From assembly GCA_020352495.1 (NCBI GenBank), contig CP070677.1, forward strand, positions 2,577,501 to 2,641,500: DNA of 64,000 nucleotides, read 5' to 3'. The notes under the pieces are model-generated. The model was not told where the DNA came from, made no database searches, and saw nothing but the letters and a program-made list of their open reading frames with translations. Of this stretch, positions 29,070-39,829 are shown piece after piece; position 1 is the stretch's first letter; each line of letters starts with the position of its first letter. The DNA comes from Candidatus Latescibacterota bacterium (lineage in GTDB: Bacteria; Krumholzibacteriota; Krumholzibacteriia; WVZY01). The position numbers were made by a program, and so were the translations under genes.

Positions 29070-29107
29070 AGATCGACGCCCGGGGTCCTTACCCCGGGCG
29101 TCGATCT
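29070..29107. other. perfect 16-bp GC-rich inverted repeat (stem-loop) in intergenic region
   Basis: AGATCGACGCCCGGGG-tcctta-CCCCGGGCGTCGATCT. Located downstream of the tricorn-like gene on the minus strand. Likely a transcript-end or stability hairpin. Confidence 0.5.
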
Positions 29108-29227
29108 GAACCCGCTCGCTCACCGGTCACAGGACGCGTCCGTTGTGCGTCCGCCCATCGGCTCCACCACGCGCCGGCAAGACGCCGTGGCCAACTCACC
29201 ACCGCACTGACTCAACCGCCGTACAAC

Positions 29228-32200
29228 CTACCGGTCTTCGTCTCTAATCCCCATCCCGCTACGGTCGGGATACGGCGGCCGCTTTGGCTTCTTGTACGGG
29301 TGTCGTTTGAGCTCGTCCAGCATGTGATCGATGGCCGCATCGAGTTGAACGTCCTTGCCGCCAACCATTTTTGCCGGATCATCTATGACTTCGATATCGG
29401 GATCGACACCGTGCCCCTCGATCCCCCACGTGCCATCCTTTTCGTAAAACGCGAACGTCGGGGCGCTTGTATAGCCGCCATCGATCAATCGCGGATTGCC
29501 GCTGAGACCCACGAGACCTCCCCAGGTGCGCGTACCGATTAGTTTGCCCAATCCCGCCTCTCTGAACCAGAACGGGAAGTAATCACCACCGGACCCAGCC
29601 AGCCCGTTGATCAACATACACTTCGGCCCTTGATGAGCGTCGGGAGGCCACGGGAAGGAGTCGTCCCGATCGCGAAGCGCCCAGTAGTTGGCTATCGGCC
29701 GATTGAGGAGCTCGATGAAACGTGTGGGAATCTGGCCACCCCCGTTCCACCGTTCGTCGATGATCAATGCGTCGACGTCGACTTGTCCAAAATACTGGCG
29801 AACGAGCTCGTTCTGACCCCAGATGCTCGTGTTTGGGACATAGATATATCCAACCCTTTCATCGGTCTTCTCCGCAACATAGGCGCGGTTCTTCTCGACC
29901 CAGGCCCGGTAGCGAAGCATGTACTGCGAGCCTTCGAGTTTTACGAGTACATGACGCGCCTTGTCACTCATGGTCGGTTCTTCACTTACGGTCAGCGTTA
30001 CCGTCCGATTTGCCAACCCGACAAAGGCGGCCCACGGGTCCTTCGCCGTATCCACGGGGACGCCGTTTACCGCGAGGAGGTAATCGCCTTCTTTTATATC
30101 GATACCGGGCTGGCTCAGGGGCCCCCTGCCGTCGACGTCCCACGGGGCAGCCTCGAGAATCCTCGCCACGCGGTATGCACCGTTTTCTAGTTTGAAATCA
30201 CACCCGGGCATACCAACGCTCACACTCGGAGCCTCCTCCACATCACCGCCAAAGTAGTATGCATGTCCCACGTTGAGCTCGGAGATCATCTCGCGGATCA
30301 CATAGCTAACGTCTTCCCGCGAGGCGCAGTCTTTTAGCATTGGGCCGTAGTGTTCACGCACCGCCTCCCAATCGACGCCGTGCATATTGGGGTCGTAGAA
30401 GTAATCTCTCTGTATGCGCCATGCGTCGTTAAAGATCTGATTCCATTCCTCGCGTGGGTCTATTTGGCTCATCATACCCGACGTGGACACCATATCTTTG
30501 AGCTTTTGATCGGGCTTGGCGTCGACGATCGCCATGCCACGCTCCCAAGTCACGACGAGAAGCTTCTTACCGTCCGCAGACATCGCATAACCCCTGACGC
30601 CCTTCACAACGGTCTTTTCCCTTTCGTCCTCCTTCTCCTCATCCAGATCGAGGAGGTGAATCGACGTCTTCTCGTCCATCCCGCGAAGCGGGTTTCTCTC
30701 GTATATGAGCTTTCCCTCGTCGTTCACGTTCAACTGCGAGAAATTGCCACGTTCGACGGGGAGCAGAACGGCCCGGCGCTCGAAGTCTTCGAGATCGATC
30801 TTCACGGGCTCCGGTTTATCCTCGTCCTTGGAGTCCTTCTCTTCTTTTTCCCCCTCTTCCTTCTCTTTGTCTGCTTCGTCTTTCTTTTCCTCGTCGTCCT
30901 TTTCGTCCGCTTTTTCGTCGTCCTCCTTGTCCCACGTTTCGTCATCGCTCTTTGGTGCGAGCGGCGACGCGATTTCCTTTGTCAATGGAACGGCATAGAG
31001 CCGATCTGTATGAGCGTAGATCCAAGTCGTTCCGACATCTTCGTACATCGGTGACGAAAAATCCCGAAGGCTGGCAAAATAGAGATACTTCCCCTCGCGG
31101 TCGAACGTCGGCCAGGTATCATGGAACATCCCGCTCGTGACCTTCTGTTTCTTTTCGTCCTCGATATCGTAGAGCCAAATGGCGTTGGGTGTGATCATCC
31201 CCTCCCTGAGACTGTAGGCCATCCATTTCGAATCGCTCGACCAACTCACACGGGTTGCCCTTCCCCAACCCTTGTATTGATCCACCTTTTTTGTCTTTCC
31301 GCTTTCGACATCGGTGAGGTGAAGCTTCCCGGCTTTGTCCCAGAAACAGATCCACTTCGAGTCCGGCGACCAGGTCGGCAGGTAGAGGTAGCCGGCCTTG
31401 AGACTCGTGAGCCGCCGCGTCTCCCCCCGACCATCCGACTGCATGACATAGAGCTCGTACTCGCCGGTTTCATCCGAGAAATACGCGATCCATCGCCCAT
31501 CGGGACTCCAGGAAGGATCCCTTTCGGCATAGCCGCTCGTGCGGTGAAGATTGATCGGTGAACCCTTCTTTGCCGGGAGCGTCCAGATGTCTCCTCTCGC
31601 TCCCACGACGACACGTTTACCCGTGGATGATATGTCACGCCTGAATATTAGATCGCTCGTGTCGATCGCCTGGACACGGATCTTTGGCCGGTCTCCGGGA
31701 ATGGTTATCGAGATGCTTCGCGATTTCTCGCTTGCCAGATCGAGGAGATAGATGTCCGATGCGTGTTGGAAAACGATCTCCCCTTGTCCCTCCGATCCCG
31801 GACCAATCGAAGGCCACTTGACGTCGTAGTCCCGATACGTTGTAACCTGACTATTCTCACCGGTCTTCACATCGTGAACCCAGATGTTCAAACGATGTCC
31901 CTTACCGGCATCCGAGAGGTAATAGATCTTATCCCCATTCCACATGGGTTGGGTATCGGTTCCTTCCCAGTCTGTGATTTTCTTCGATTCGTGTGTTTTT
32001 AGGTTGAAGAGCCAGATATCTGTCGCCATCCCACCCCGGTACCTTTTCCACGTCCGGTGATCTCTGCTGTGTGGCGTGTAGGCAAGCCACTCGCCGTCTT
32101 CGCTCACCGCTCCGTTGGCCCCGTAAGGCACGGGCAGCTTCTCCGGCAGACCACCTTCGGCCGAGACGGTGAACATCTCTTGGGCCCTGGGGTAGTCGTA

Positions 32201-32600
32201 CATCCCATAGGCCCAGAACATCAACCGGCCGTCCGGTGTCCAATCGGTTATCACTTCGTTTGACGGATGGTGTGTGACACGAAATGGTGTGCCACCCGAT
32301 GTGGGTACCGTGTATAGATCGAGGTCGCCGTCGTAGTTCCCCATAAATGCAATCGTCTCCCCGTCAGGGCTGAACCTCGGGTACGCCTCCGCACCGGGCG
32401 GACCCGCCAAAGGCGTCGCCAAACCACCTTCTTTGGGTACAAGCCAGAGATCGTTGGCATAAAGAAACGCGATGTGCGTCTCGCTCACATCCGGGTACCT
32501 CAGCATTCCCGCGTGTGGCTCGACTGCAACTGCCTCGGCCGCGAACCCAAACAAAAGACCCAACAACGGTATCGCGGCGCAGAATCTGGAAACGGCCATC
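29228..32600 (-). CDS. tricorn protease homolog (tandem beta-propellers + PDZ + C-terminal S41 peptidase)
   Basis: Start MAVSRF with RBS aggagg and a signal peptide. TolB-like WD40 propeller repeats (PDGETIAFMGNYDGDLDLY...). Acidic D/E/K linker. The C-terminal PDZ and S41 region aligns with the tricorn/Tsp family. Confidence 0.8.
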
Positions 32601-32802
32601 TCGACTCCTCCTTCTGATGACGTTGGATGAACGTTCTCCGTAGACGTGGGGGGATCAATCATTACATACGAAACGGGGAGGATAAAGTTCTACTTTTCGT
32701 TCCACCCCCGGAGTGGGTATTCGGTCTTTTGACTCCGGTCGACTGACCGTATTATACTCGACTCGTCTCGGGGAAAAGCCTCGGCGGAAACGGAGGATCT
32801 AG

Positions 32803-34848
32803 ATGCGTCCCACGGTAACTCGCGAAGAGCTCTCCAGACTGGGAATCGACGCCACGATGTCCCGCGAGATCTTGGATAAGCTCAATGCGATCCCTCGGGA
32901 CACACCTCCGGCAGCGGTCTGGCGCGAGGTCTCTCGATCGGTGCTCTCAGCGGATATTCCGTTCGTTGTTCACAGTCTTCTTTTTGAGACGATATTCGCG
33001 AGCTGGGACCACTCGCACGGTCCCCCACCCGTGTGGATCCCGTCCGAGCAAGAAATCAGGTCCTCGAACGTCGCCGCCTTTTGCAAAAAGGCGAACATAT
33101 CGAGAGTGAGCGATCTCCACGCCTGGTCGGCGGAGAACCGGAGCGCGTTCTGGGAGACTGTCGTTGATATTCTCGGTATACGTTTCCGGAAATCCCCTAA
33201 GGCGATCGTCGATCTTGCCGATGGCATCGAAATGCCACGTTGGCTCGTGGGCGCACGCCTCAACATCGCGGAGAGCTGTTTCCAGGCGCCCGGTGACGCA
33301 CTGGCCGTGGTGTATCAGCCCGAGGGTGGCGCGATACAAAGAGCGACCTACGCTCAGCTCGACCGGCTCTCGAACCGGGTTGCGAATTCCCTGCTCGAGC
33401 TCGGTATCAAACACGGCGATCGAATCGCCATTGCCATGCCGATGACGTTGGAAGCGGTGGCGGCATATCTTGGGATCGTCAAAGCGGGCTTTGCCGTTGT
33501 GTCCATCGCGGACAGCTTTGCCGCCGAAGAGATGGCAACTCGTCTCCGAATTGCCGATACGAAGGCCGTTGTGACGCAGGATGTCGTCCTTCGCGCTGGC
33601 AAAACGCTTCCCATGTATGAAAAGGTGGTGGACGCCGGAGCAAAAACAGCCATCGTCGTTTTGACTCGAGATTCAACCGGTATCGCGCTTCGTGAGAACG
33701 ACATCGGTTGGGATTCATTTCTTGTCGAGAACGACGTTTTTGACGCGATCCCATGCGATCCCGACGAGGTGATCAACATTCTCTTCTCGTCGGGCACAAC
33801 CGGTGACCCCAAGGCCATTCCCTGGACCCAGACAACACCAATCAAATGTGCGATGGACGGCTTTCTGCATCATGACATCACACCGGGAGAAGTCGTCGTG
33901 TGGCCGACGAACCTTGGGTGGATGATGGGCCCGTGGCTGATTTTCGCAACCTTGGTGAATCGCGGAACGATGGCCCTTTATTATGGAGCCGCGGTGACCC
34001 GGGAGTTTTGCGAGTTTGTCCAGAACGTGGGAGTGAAGATGCTCGGTGTCGTACCGAGCCTGGTCAAAGCATGGAGGAAGGCGGACACCGTTCGCGGTCT
34101 CGACTGGTCATCGATCAAAGCATTCAGCTCCACCGGTGAAGTTTCGAATCCCGATGACTACCTCTATCTCATGTCGCTGGCCGGGTACCGCCCGGTCATC
34201 GAGTACTGCGGCGGTACCGAGATCGGAGGCGGTTACATCTCGGGGACCATCGTCCAACCCGCGTCGCCCTCAACATTCACGACGCCTTCGTTTGGACTCG
34301 ACTTTTGTATTCTCGACGAGAGCGGGAAGCCGGCGCGGAGCGGCGAACTCTTTATCATTCCCCCATCGATTGGGCTTTCCAACACGCTACTCAACCGCGA
34401 CCACCACGAGGTTTATTACGCCGGTACCCCCCGCGGTCCAAACGGCGAGTTGCTAAGAAGACATGGCGACGAGACAGAGGCGCTCCCCGGAGGGTACTAC
34501 AGAGGGCGCGGCCGCGCCGATGATACGATGAACCTGGGCGGCATCAAGGTGAGTTCATCAGAGATCGAGAGGACGTTGAATTCGGTCGACGGACTATTCG
34601 AAACCGCCGCAATTGCTGTCGATCCACCCGGAGGCGGACCCAGTCGTCTCGTGATCTATCTTGTGCCGGAACCCGGCGCCGACCTCAAACCCGAGACCGT
34701 GAAAAAAGACATGCAGCGTGCCATCGCCACGGGACTAAACCCGCTGTTCAAGATCCACGATGTCCGTGTGGTCGACACGCTTCCGCGGACCGCCTCCAAC
34801 AAAGTCATGAGACGTGCTCTACGGGAAGGTTACGCGAAGAACGAATAA
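32803..34848 (+). CDS. AMP-dependent synthetase/ligase (acyl-/acetoacetyl-CoA synthetase-like)
   Basis: AMP-binding motif LFSSGTTGDPKAI. C-terminal YRGRGRADDTMNLGGIKVSSSEIE motif. RBS ggagga. Confidence 0.85.
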   Translation: MRPTVTREELSRLGIDATMSREILDKLNAIPRDTPPAAVWREVSRSVLSADIPFVVHSLLFETIFASWDHSHGPPPVWIPSEQEIRSSNVAAFCKKANISRVSDLHAWSAENRSAFWETVVDILGIRFRKSPKAIVDLADGIEMPRWLVGARLNIAESCFQAPGDALAVVYQPEGGAIQRATYAQLDRLSNRVANSLLELGIKHGDRIAIAMPMTLEAVAAYLGIVKAGFAVVSIADSFAAEEMATRLRIADTKAVVTQDVVLRAGKTLPMYEKVVDAGAKTAIVVLTRDSTGIALRENDIGWDSFLVENDVFDAIPCDPDEVINILFSSGTTGDPKAIPWTQTTPIKCAMDGFLHHDITPGEVVVWPTNLGWMMGPWLIFATLVNRGTMALYYGAAVTREFCEFVQNVGVKMLGVVPSLVKAWRKADTVRGLDWSSIKAFSSTGEVSNPDDYLYLMSLAGYRPVIEYCGGTEIGGGYISGTIVQPASPSTFTTPSFGLDFCILDESGKPARSGELFIIPPSIGLSNTLLNRDHHEVYYAGTPRGPNGELLRRHGDETEALPGGYYRGRGRADDTMNLGGIKVSSSEIERTLNSVDGLFETAAIAVDPPGGGPSRLVIYLVPEPGADLKPETVKKDMQRAIATGLNPLFKIHDVRVVDTLPRTASNKVMRRALREGYAKNE

Positions 34849-34961
34849 ACAGCACAACACCAACCTGGATGCAATACGGCCGGATGTTCATCGGTTCCTG
34901 ACACTACCGACGCCCATCCGGCCGCGTTCACTTCCACAATATGTCAAACCGTCTCGGACGG

Positions 34962-35675
34962 CTATTCGGAATAGATCGCCTTTATGGCCCCCCAGGAACT
35001 CTCCTTAGTCGGCACCGTCGTGTCATGTGAGAACGCCGTCTTACACTCGTTCCCGTCGCGGTGGAGATTGTAGTTTTCGTCGGAGAAGGCGTAGATTCTC
35101 ACGCCATAGCAGATCTCCCACACGATGTGGTGGGTCACCTGATCCGAGTAGTTGTTGCCGTGCTCCGTCGGTGTCGAGACGACGAGATCACCGATCGGAT
35201 AGTACCATCCCAAACCCGCGTCGTACAAAATGGGATTCCCATCGACCCAGATATTGGGTACACACCACTCCGGCTCGAATTGATCGAACACGAGTAGTAT
35301 GTTGACATACGTCGTCGGCTCGTCGCTAAAACCGTCAACGATCAAATTGAAGTCCGTGCCGATCGCATAGTACCCCTGGTTGTCTTCGTCCAACACAAAC
35401 CCCGTGAGACCCGGAGCCTGATAGACCTCCCAGGCAATCTCGTGGGTGATGGCGTCGATCAACACCTCTCCGCCTCGATCGTACATCGGATCATAGAGCG
35501 AATCTCCCGGTCCGACCGTGTAGTACTCGCTCGACTCGTAGTGATACTCGCACGGACCTTCCGGATAAACGATGAGACAGGGATCGGGGGTTGCGTGACC
35601 GGCCGCAGGAAAGAGAGCTACACTCAAAAACACGAAACCTAAGCCACAAAGCGCTGCCCTTAGCAGATTTCGCAT
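34962..35675 (-). CDS. secreted hypothetical protein with C-terminal 'SSWGAIKAIYSE' tag
   Basis: Signal peptide MRNLLRAALCGLGFVFLSVALFPAAGHA. Aromatic and Cys-containing. The C-terminus matches the tag of the 14275..14823 protein. Confidence 0.6.
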   Translation of the reverse strand: MRNLLRAALCGLGFVFLSVALFPAAGHATPDPCLIVYPEGPCEYHYESSEYYTVGPGDSLYDPMYDRGGEVLIDAITHEIAWEVYQAPGLTGFVLDEDNQGYYAIGTDFNLIVDGFSDEPTTYVNILLVFDQFEPEWCVPNIWVDGNPILYDAGLGWYYPIGDLVVSTPTEHGNNYSDQVTHHIVWEICYGVRIYAFSDENYNLHRDGNECKTAFSHDTTVPTKESSWGAIKAIYSE

Positions 35676-36111
35676 TACACCCTCCTCTCGGAAATTGAAC
35701 CGGTGACAGGCGCCTCGGGTGTATCTGCGCCTCGCGGGCCAAAATTCAACTTACTGCGAAACCAAACCGCGCTGCTCGACGTTCTTTTTGCTGGTTGTAA
35801 TATCTTTGTTGGATTTGGCTACACGGTGACTTCGATGTACGCTCAGTAATGGAACGTGTTGTGGTTCTCGGCGAAGCCAAACGACGTATTCGCCCCATAA
35901 GAACGCCCCTGACGTCGTGCGTTGCATATTATACCACAAACGGTTGTTGAAATCCACGTCTAACCTCTTCAAAAGCCAAAGCAAACGATACATGCACGAA
36001 TTCTTCCGAGGGCTCTTCCACACCCTCGACCGAACCATTCCGGGCTGGACAACTCCACCACTGGCCGCTATGTTTGAACGAAGTGCAAACGAGGAACCGA
36101 GTGTCGTTACC

Positions 36112-36591
36112 ATGCCGACTAGTGCGATTTTGATCAGCAGTGACCGCGCCGCGAGCGGAATCCGTCCTGATCGGACCACCGCACTGCTTTCCGACAAGCT
36201 GAGTGCCTTGGGTTTTGACGTTGTTCACAACGCGGTCGTCCCAGATGACAAACTTGGCATTGTCAAAACATTGCGCGCGTGGGTTAATGAAGGAATTGAA
36301 GTGATCCTGATATCCGGCGGGACCGGCGTGGCCCCCACCGATGTCACGCCTGAAGCGACGCTCGAGGTCATTACTCGTCGCGTACCGGGTATGGAGGAAG
36401 CGATGCGCCGCGTATCGCACGAGAAGACTCCGTTTGCGATGCTTGCACGCGGGGTCGTCGGAATCGCCCGGTCGAGTCTCGTCATCAACTTGCCGGGCAG
36501 TCCGACGGGCGCAGTCGAGAATCTCGAGGTCGTCGCTCCCGTCTTGGAACACGCGCTCGAGCTAATTCAAGGGGGCACACCCGACGGATGA
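36112..36591 (+). CDS. mogA: molybdopterin adenylyltransferase MogA/MoaB
   Basis: MPTSAILISSDRAASG...ILISGGTGVAPTDVTPEA...INLPGSPTGAVENLE are MogA/MoaB signatures. An alternative upstream start at 36070 is possible. ATGA overlap with moaA. Confidence 0.8.
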   Translation: MPTSAILISSDRAASGIRPDRTTALLSDKLSALGFDVVHNAVVPDDKLGIVKTLRAWVNEGIEVILISGGTGVAPTDVTPEATLEVITRRVPGMEEAMRRVSHEKTPFAMLARGVVGIARSSLVINLPGSPTGAVENLEVVAPVLEHALELIQGGTPDG

Positions 36592-37595
36592 GCGATCACG
36601 AAACACATCCCAGCAGTTGTCTGACGGATCTCAGCGGCCGGAGACTCTCGTACCTCCGTATCTCGCTTACCGACAGGTGCAACCTCAGATGCGACTACTG
36701 TTATCACTCCGTGAACGAATCACAAATCGCGGAGAGGGAACTCTCCGATGACGAGGTGATCCGTCTCGTCCGTGTCTTTTCCAAAATGGGGTTCGACAAG
36801 ATCCGTTTCACCGGCGGCGAGCTTCTCTTGCGCGATCGCGTAGTCGATCTGATACGAGAGACGGCCGTCACAGCCGGTGTGTCACTGATAGGAATTACGA
36901 CAAATGGTCTTTTGCTGGAGAAACACTTGCCGGGGCTCATCGACGCCGGTCTCAATCGACTCAATGTGAGTTTGGACACGTTGGATCGGGAAAAATTCAA
37001 ACGCATCACGGGAGTCGACGGTCTCGATCGGGTAACCAGCGTAATCTCGCGAGCCCTGGAAACGAATGTGTTCCCGCGAGTCAAAATCAATACCTTGGTC
37101 ATGCGGGGCGTGAACGATGACGAAATCGATAAGCTCGCCGACTGGGGGCTCTCTCGCCGGACCGATCTGAGGTTTATTGAGTTTATGCCGACCCGTGGTT
37201 CGGGTTGGGAAGAGAGTCGCTTTGTCAGTCAAGACGAGATGATTGAACGCGTCCGTGGTCCACTCGACATCGACCCGGTGATCGAGCCCAACAGTGGGCC
37301 CGCCTTGACATTCAAACAACGGGGCCGCCCGGGGCGCGTCAGCTTCATCTCCGCGGTCAGCCGAAGCTTTTGCAACGAGTGTAACCGGCTTCGCGTCACA
37401 TCCAGGGGTACAGTCGTTGGCTGTCTTTTTAGTGGGAAAGAAATACGCATTCGCGAGCTTCTCGATCCGCGCGTCGATGATGAAACGATCATTGCCGTCA
37501 TCAAGACCCTGACACGATCACAAGATTTCAGACGAGGGATCGAAAATCGAACCCGCACCTGGGAAGGCCCGTCAATGAGGGGGATTGGGGGATGA
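36588..37595 (+). CDS. moaA: GTP 3',8-cyclase MoaA (radical SAM)
   Basis: Radical-SAM cluster motif LTDRCNLRCDYCY. C-terminal FCNECNRLRVTSRGTVVGCLF is the MoaA auxiliary-cluster motif. Confidence 0.9.
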   Translation: MSDHETHPSSCLTDLSGRRLSYLRISLTDRCNLRCDYCYHSVNESQIAERELSDDEVIRLVRVFSKMGFDKIRFTGGELLLRDRVVDLIRETAVTAGVSLIGITTNGLLLEKHLPGLIDAGLNRLNVSLDTLDREKFKRITGVDGLDRVTSVISRALETNVFPRVKINTLVMRGVNDDEIDKLADWGLSRRTDLRFIEFMPTRGSGWEESRFVSQDEMIERVRGPLDIDPVIEPNSGPALTFKQRGRPGRVSFISAVSRSFCNECNRLRVTSRGTVVGCLFSGKEIRIRELLDPRVDDETIIAVIKTLTRSQDFRRGIENRTRTWEGPSMRGIGG

Positions 37596-38620
37596 GCAGG
37601 CGTAAACCCACACATCTCGACGACGCCGGCAAAGCGCGGATGGTTGACATCGGGGGCAAGAGAGAGACCAATCGTCGTGCTGTTGCGTCCGCGCGGGTCG
37701 TGGTTTCCGATGAGTTGCTCGTCATGTTGAAGAACAACACCCTAGAGAAAGGTGATGCGATCGCAGCCGCCCGCCTCGCCGGCATCCAGGCGGCCAAACG
37801 AACGGGCGACCTGATTCCCCTCTGTCACCCCCTGCCCCTCAGCTATGTCGACGTCGATCTCCAGCTCATTGACGAACCGCCTTCCATCGTTATCACGACC
37901 GAGGCGCGGACCCATTACCGGACGGGCGTCGAGATGGAGGCTCTGACGGCGGCGGCTGTTGCGGCATTGACGATTTATGACATGGGGAAGAGCATCGATC
38001 GAATGATCGCGATCGAACACGTTCGGCTCGAGAGCAAAAGCGGCGGCGCCAGCGGGGAGTGGTCGCGGCGCGATTCGTCCCCTAGCGAAACCGGTTTGAA
38101 CCCGAAACCTCGTATCAAACGAGAGGGACGCATGACGAAGCCAAAACAAAACAAAGCGCAAGTGCACAAGATTTCTGTTGCCCCGACCACGGGTGAAAAA
38201 AAACAGAACGTCGCTCTGGCGGTGATCACTGCCGGCCGGGGCGTAGAAGGGGACGCTCATTCGACGACGGACCGCCCCCTGAGCCTGCTCCCTCTGGAAA
38301 GCTTCCATAAGGTGCAACACCCCGATCTCGATGTTCACCCAGGCGACTTTGCGGAAAACGTCACCACGTCCGGGCTCGATTTTACACGGCTTCGCGTCGG
38401 TTCGCGCTTGCGTCTCGGCGCCTCCGTCGAGATCGAAGTCGTTCAAATTGGAAAAGAATGTCATAACGGGTGCGTAATCAGAGAGACCGTGGGCGATTGC
38501 ATCATGCCGAGTGAGGGCGTTTTTGCCCGTGCCCTCACCAGTGGTGAGATACGAGAAGGTGATCCTATCGAGATCCTGGAGAGTGGCGATCGCGTTTCCG
38601 AGACTCCCACTGTCGGTTGA
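37592..38620 (+). CDS. moaC: cyclic pyranopterin monophosphate synthase MoaC fused to a C-terminal MOSC domain
   Basis: ATGA overlap with moaA. N-terminal 160 aa is MoaC (MVDIGGK...IPLCHPLPLSYVDVD...EMEALTAAAVAALTIYDM). Linker. C-terminal ~150 aa is MOSC-like (VEGDAH...PGDFAENVTTSGLDFTRLRVGSRLRLGASVEIEVVQIGKECH.GC...GDCIMP..GVFARAL). Confidence 0.8.
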   Translation: MSRRKPTHLDDAGKARMVDIGGKRETNRRAVASARVVVSDELLVMLKNNTLEKGDAIAAARLAGIQAAKRTGDLIPLCHPLPLSYVDVDLQLIDEPPSIVITTEARTHYRTGVEMEALTAAAVAALTIYDMGKSIDRMIAIEHVRLESKSGGASGEWSRRDSSPSETGLNPKPRIKREGRMTKPKQNKAQVHKISVAPTTGEKKQNVALAVITAGRGVEGDAHSTTDRPLSLLPLESFHKVQHPDLDVHPGDFAENVTTSGLDFTRLRVGSRLRLGASVEIEVVQIGKECHNGCVIRETVGDCIMPSEGVFARALTSGEIREGDPIEILESGDRVSETPTVG

Positions 38621-38696
38621 CCCGCCGTGTTTCGATTTTTGCAGAGCAATCCCAAATCGCTAAGATGACAATACGTATATCGCTTGCGAGGCTGGC

Positions 38697-39281
38697 TTGA
38701 GTACACTTTACCCGGACATCACGGGCTATATTCTGGCGGGCGGACGCAGCCGCCGATTTGGCAAAGACAAACGCCAGATTCTCATTGGTGGGATCTCTCT
38801 ATTGGAGAAGACGCGTCGACTTCTCGTGGATCTTCTTGGCCGCGAACCGTTCGTCGTGGGCGACAACCTGTCCGATCTGGTTCTCGACCCTTCGACAATA
38901 GTCCCCGATTCCCGTCCGGGTTGCGGTCCCCTGGGCGGTTTGGTTGCCGCCCTTTCTCATTCACCAACGGTCTGGAGTCTTGTTATGGCGGCCGACATGC
39001 CGTTTCTGACGATCGAGGATCTTCGTCGGCTTGCCGATGCCCGAGCAGAGAGATTCGATGTGGTAGCCTTAAGTAGGACCGGCGCACCGGAGCCTCTTGC
39101 CGCGCTGTATCACATTCGACGTCTGCACTACTGGCACGAGTGTCTCGATTCCGGTCTGTATTCACTGGCCAAGAGCATCAAGACCCTAGATTGCAAGACG
39201 GTGATACTTGGCGCCTCCTCGAGATCCCTTCAAAACATAAATACTCCAGACGTCTTGGACGTAATCGAGAACGATTTATGA
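38697..39281 (+). CDS. mobA: molybdenum cofactor guanylyltransferase MobA
   Basis: TTG start. ITGYILAGGRSRRFGKDK...GPLGGLVAAL motifs. Stop overlaps the mobB ATG. Confidence 0.8.
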   Translation: MSTLYPDITGYILAGGRSRRFGKDKRQILIGGISLLEKTRRLLVDLLGREPFVVGDNLSDLVLDPSTIVPDSRPGCGPLGGLVAALSHSPTVWSLVMAADMPFLTIEDLRRLADARAERFDVVALSRTGAPEPLAALYHIRRLHYWHECLDSGLYSLAKSIKTLDCKTVILGASSRSLQNINTPDVLDVIENDL

Positions 39282-39808
39282 CGACACACTTTTTCCGGAT
39301 CACTGGAGCGAAAAACAGTGGTAAAACCACACTCATTGTGAAGTTGACGGAGGAACTGATTGGCAGGGGATACCGCGTCGGCACAATGAAACACAGCTCA
39401 CACGATCACGAGTTCGACCGGTCGGGATCGGATTCTCATCATCACTCCGTGGCTGGAAGCAGCGCGACAATCATCCTCTCCCCCAACAAGCTCGTTTGCC
39501 ACACAAAACGCCCGCCCAGCGAAGAACTCTTTGCGATCATCCGGCAAGCCTACCACGACATCGACATTGTGTTGTGTGAGGGTTTCGCGAGATTCCCGGT
39601 TGCTCCTCAACCGACACCGATGATCGAATGCGTGGCTGCCGGTGAAGATCCCCTCTTCACTGGTGATCCGGACCTGGTGGCCGTCGTGGCGGACAAAACA
39701 CTCCCCGTCGATGTTCCGCTGTTTCCGCACTCCGCGACCACCGAACTGGCGACTTGGTTGGAGAAGACTTTTCACCTCGCGCCCGACACAAACACCGGTT
39801 CGCCATAG
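39278..39808 (+). CDS. mobB: molybdopterin-guanine dinucleotide biosynthesis adaptor MobB
   Basis: MTTHFFRITGAKNSGKTTLIVKL (P-loop)...GTMKHSSHDHEFD are characteristic of MobB. Confidence 0.8.
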   Translation: MTTHFFRITGAKNSGKTTLIVKLTEELIGRGYRVGTMKHSSHDHEFDRSGSDSHHHSVAGSSATIILSPNKLVCHTKRPPSEELFAIIRQAYHDIDIVLCEGFARFPVAPQPTPMIECVAAGEDPLFTGDPDLVAVVADKTLPVDVPLFPHSATTELATWLEKTFHLAPDTNTGSP

Positions 39809-39829
39809 CCGGCCGAAAGGCAACTGTCC

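Noticed and set aside
35751-36197. 148-aa minus-strand ORF overlapping mogA start region
   Set aside because: Overlaps the well-supported mogA/moaB gene on the opposite strand. No recognisable domains or RBS.
37742-38464. 240-aa minus-strand ORF across the moaC–MOSC gene
   Set aside because: Antisense to translationally coupled Moco operon genes with strong family motifs.
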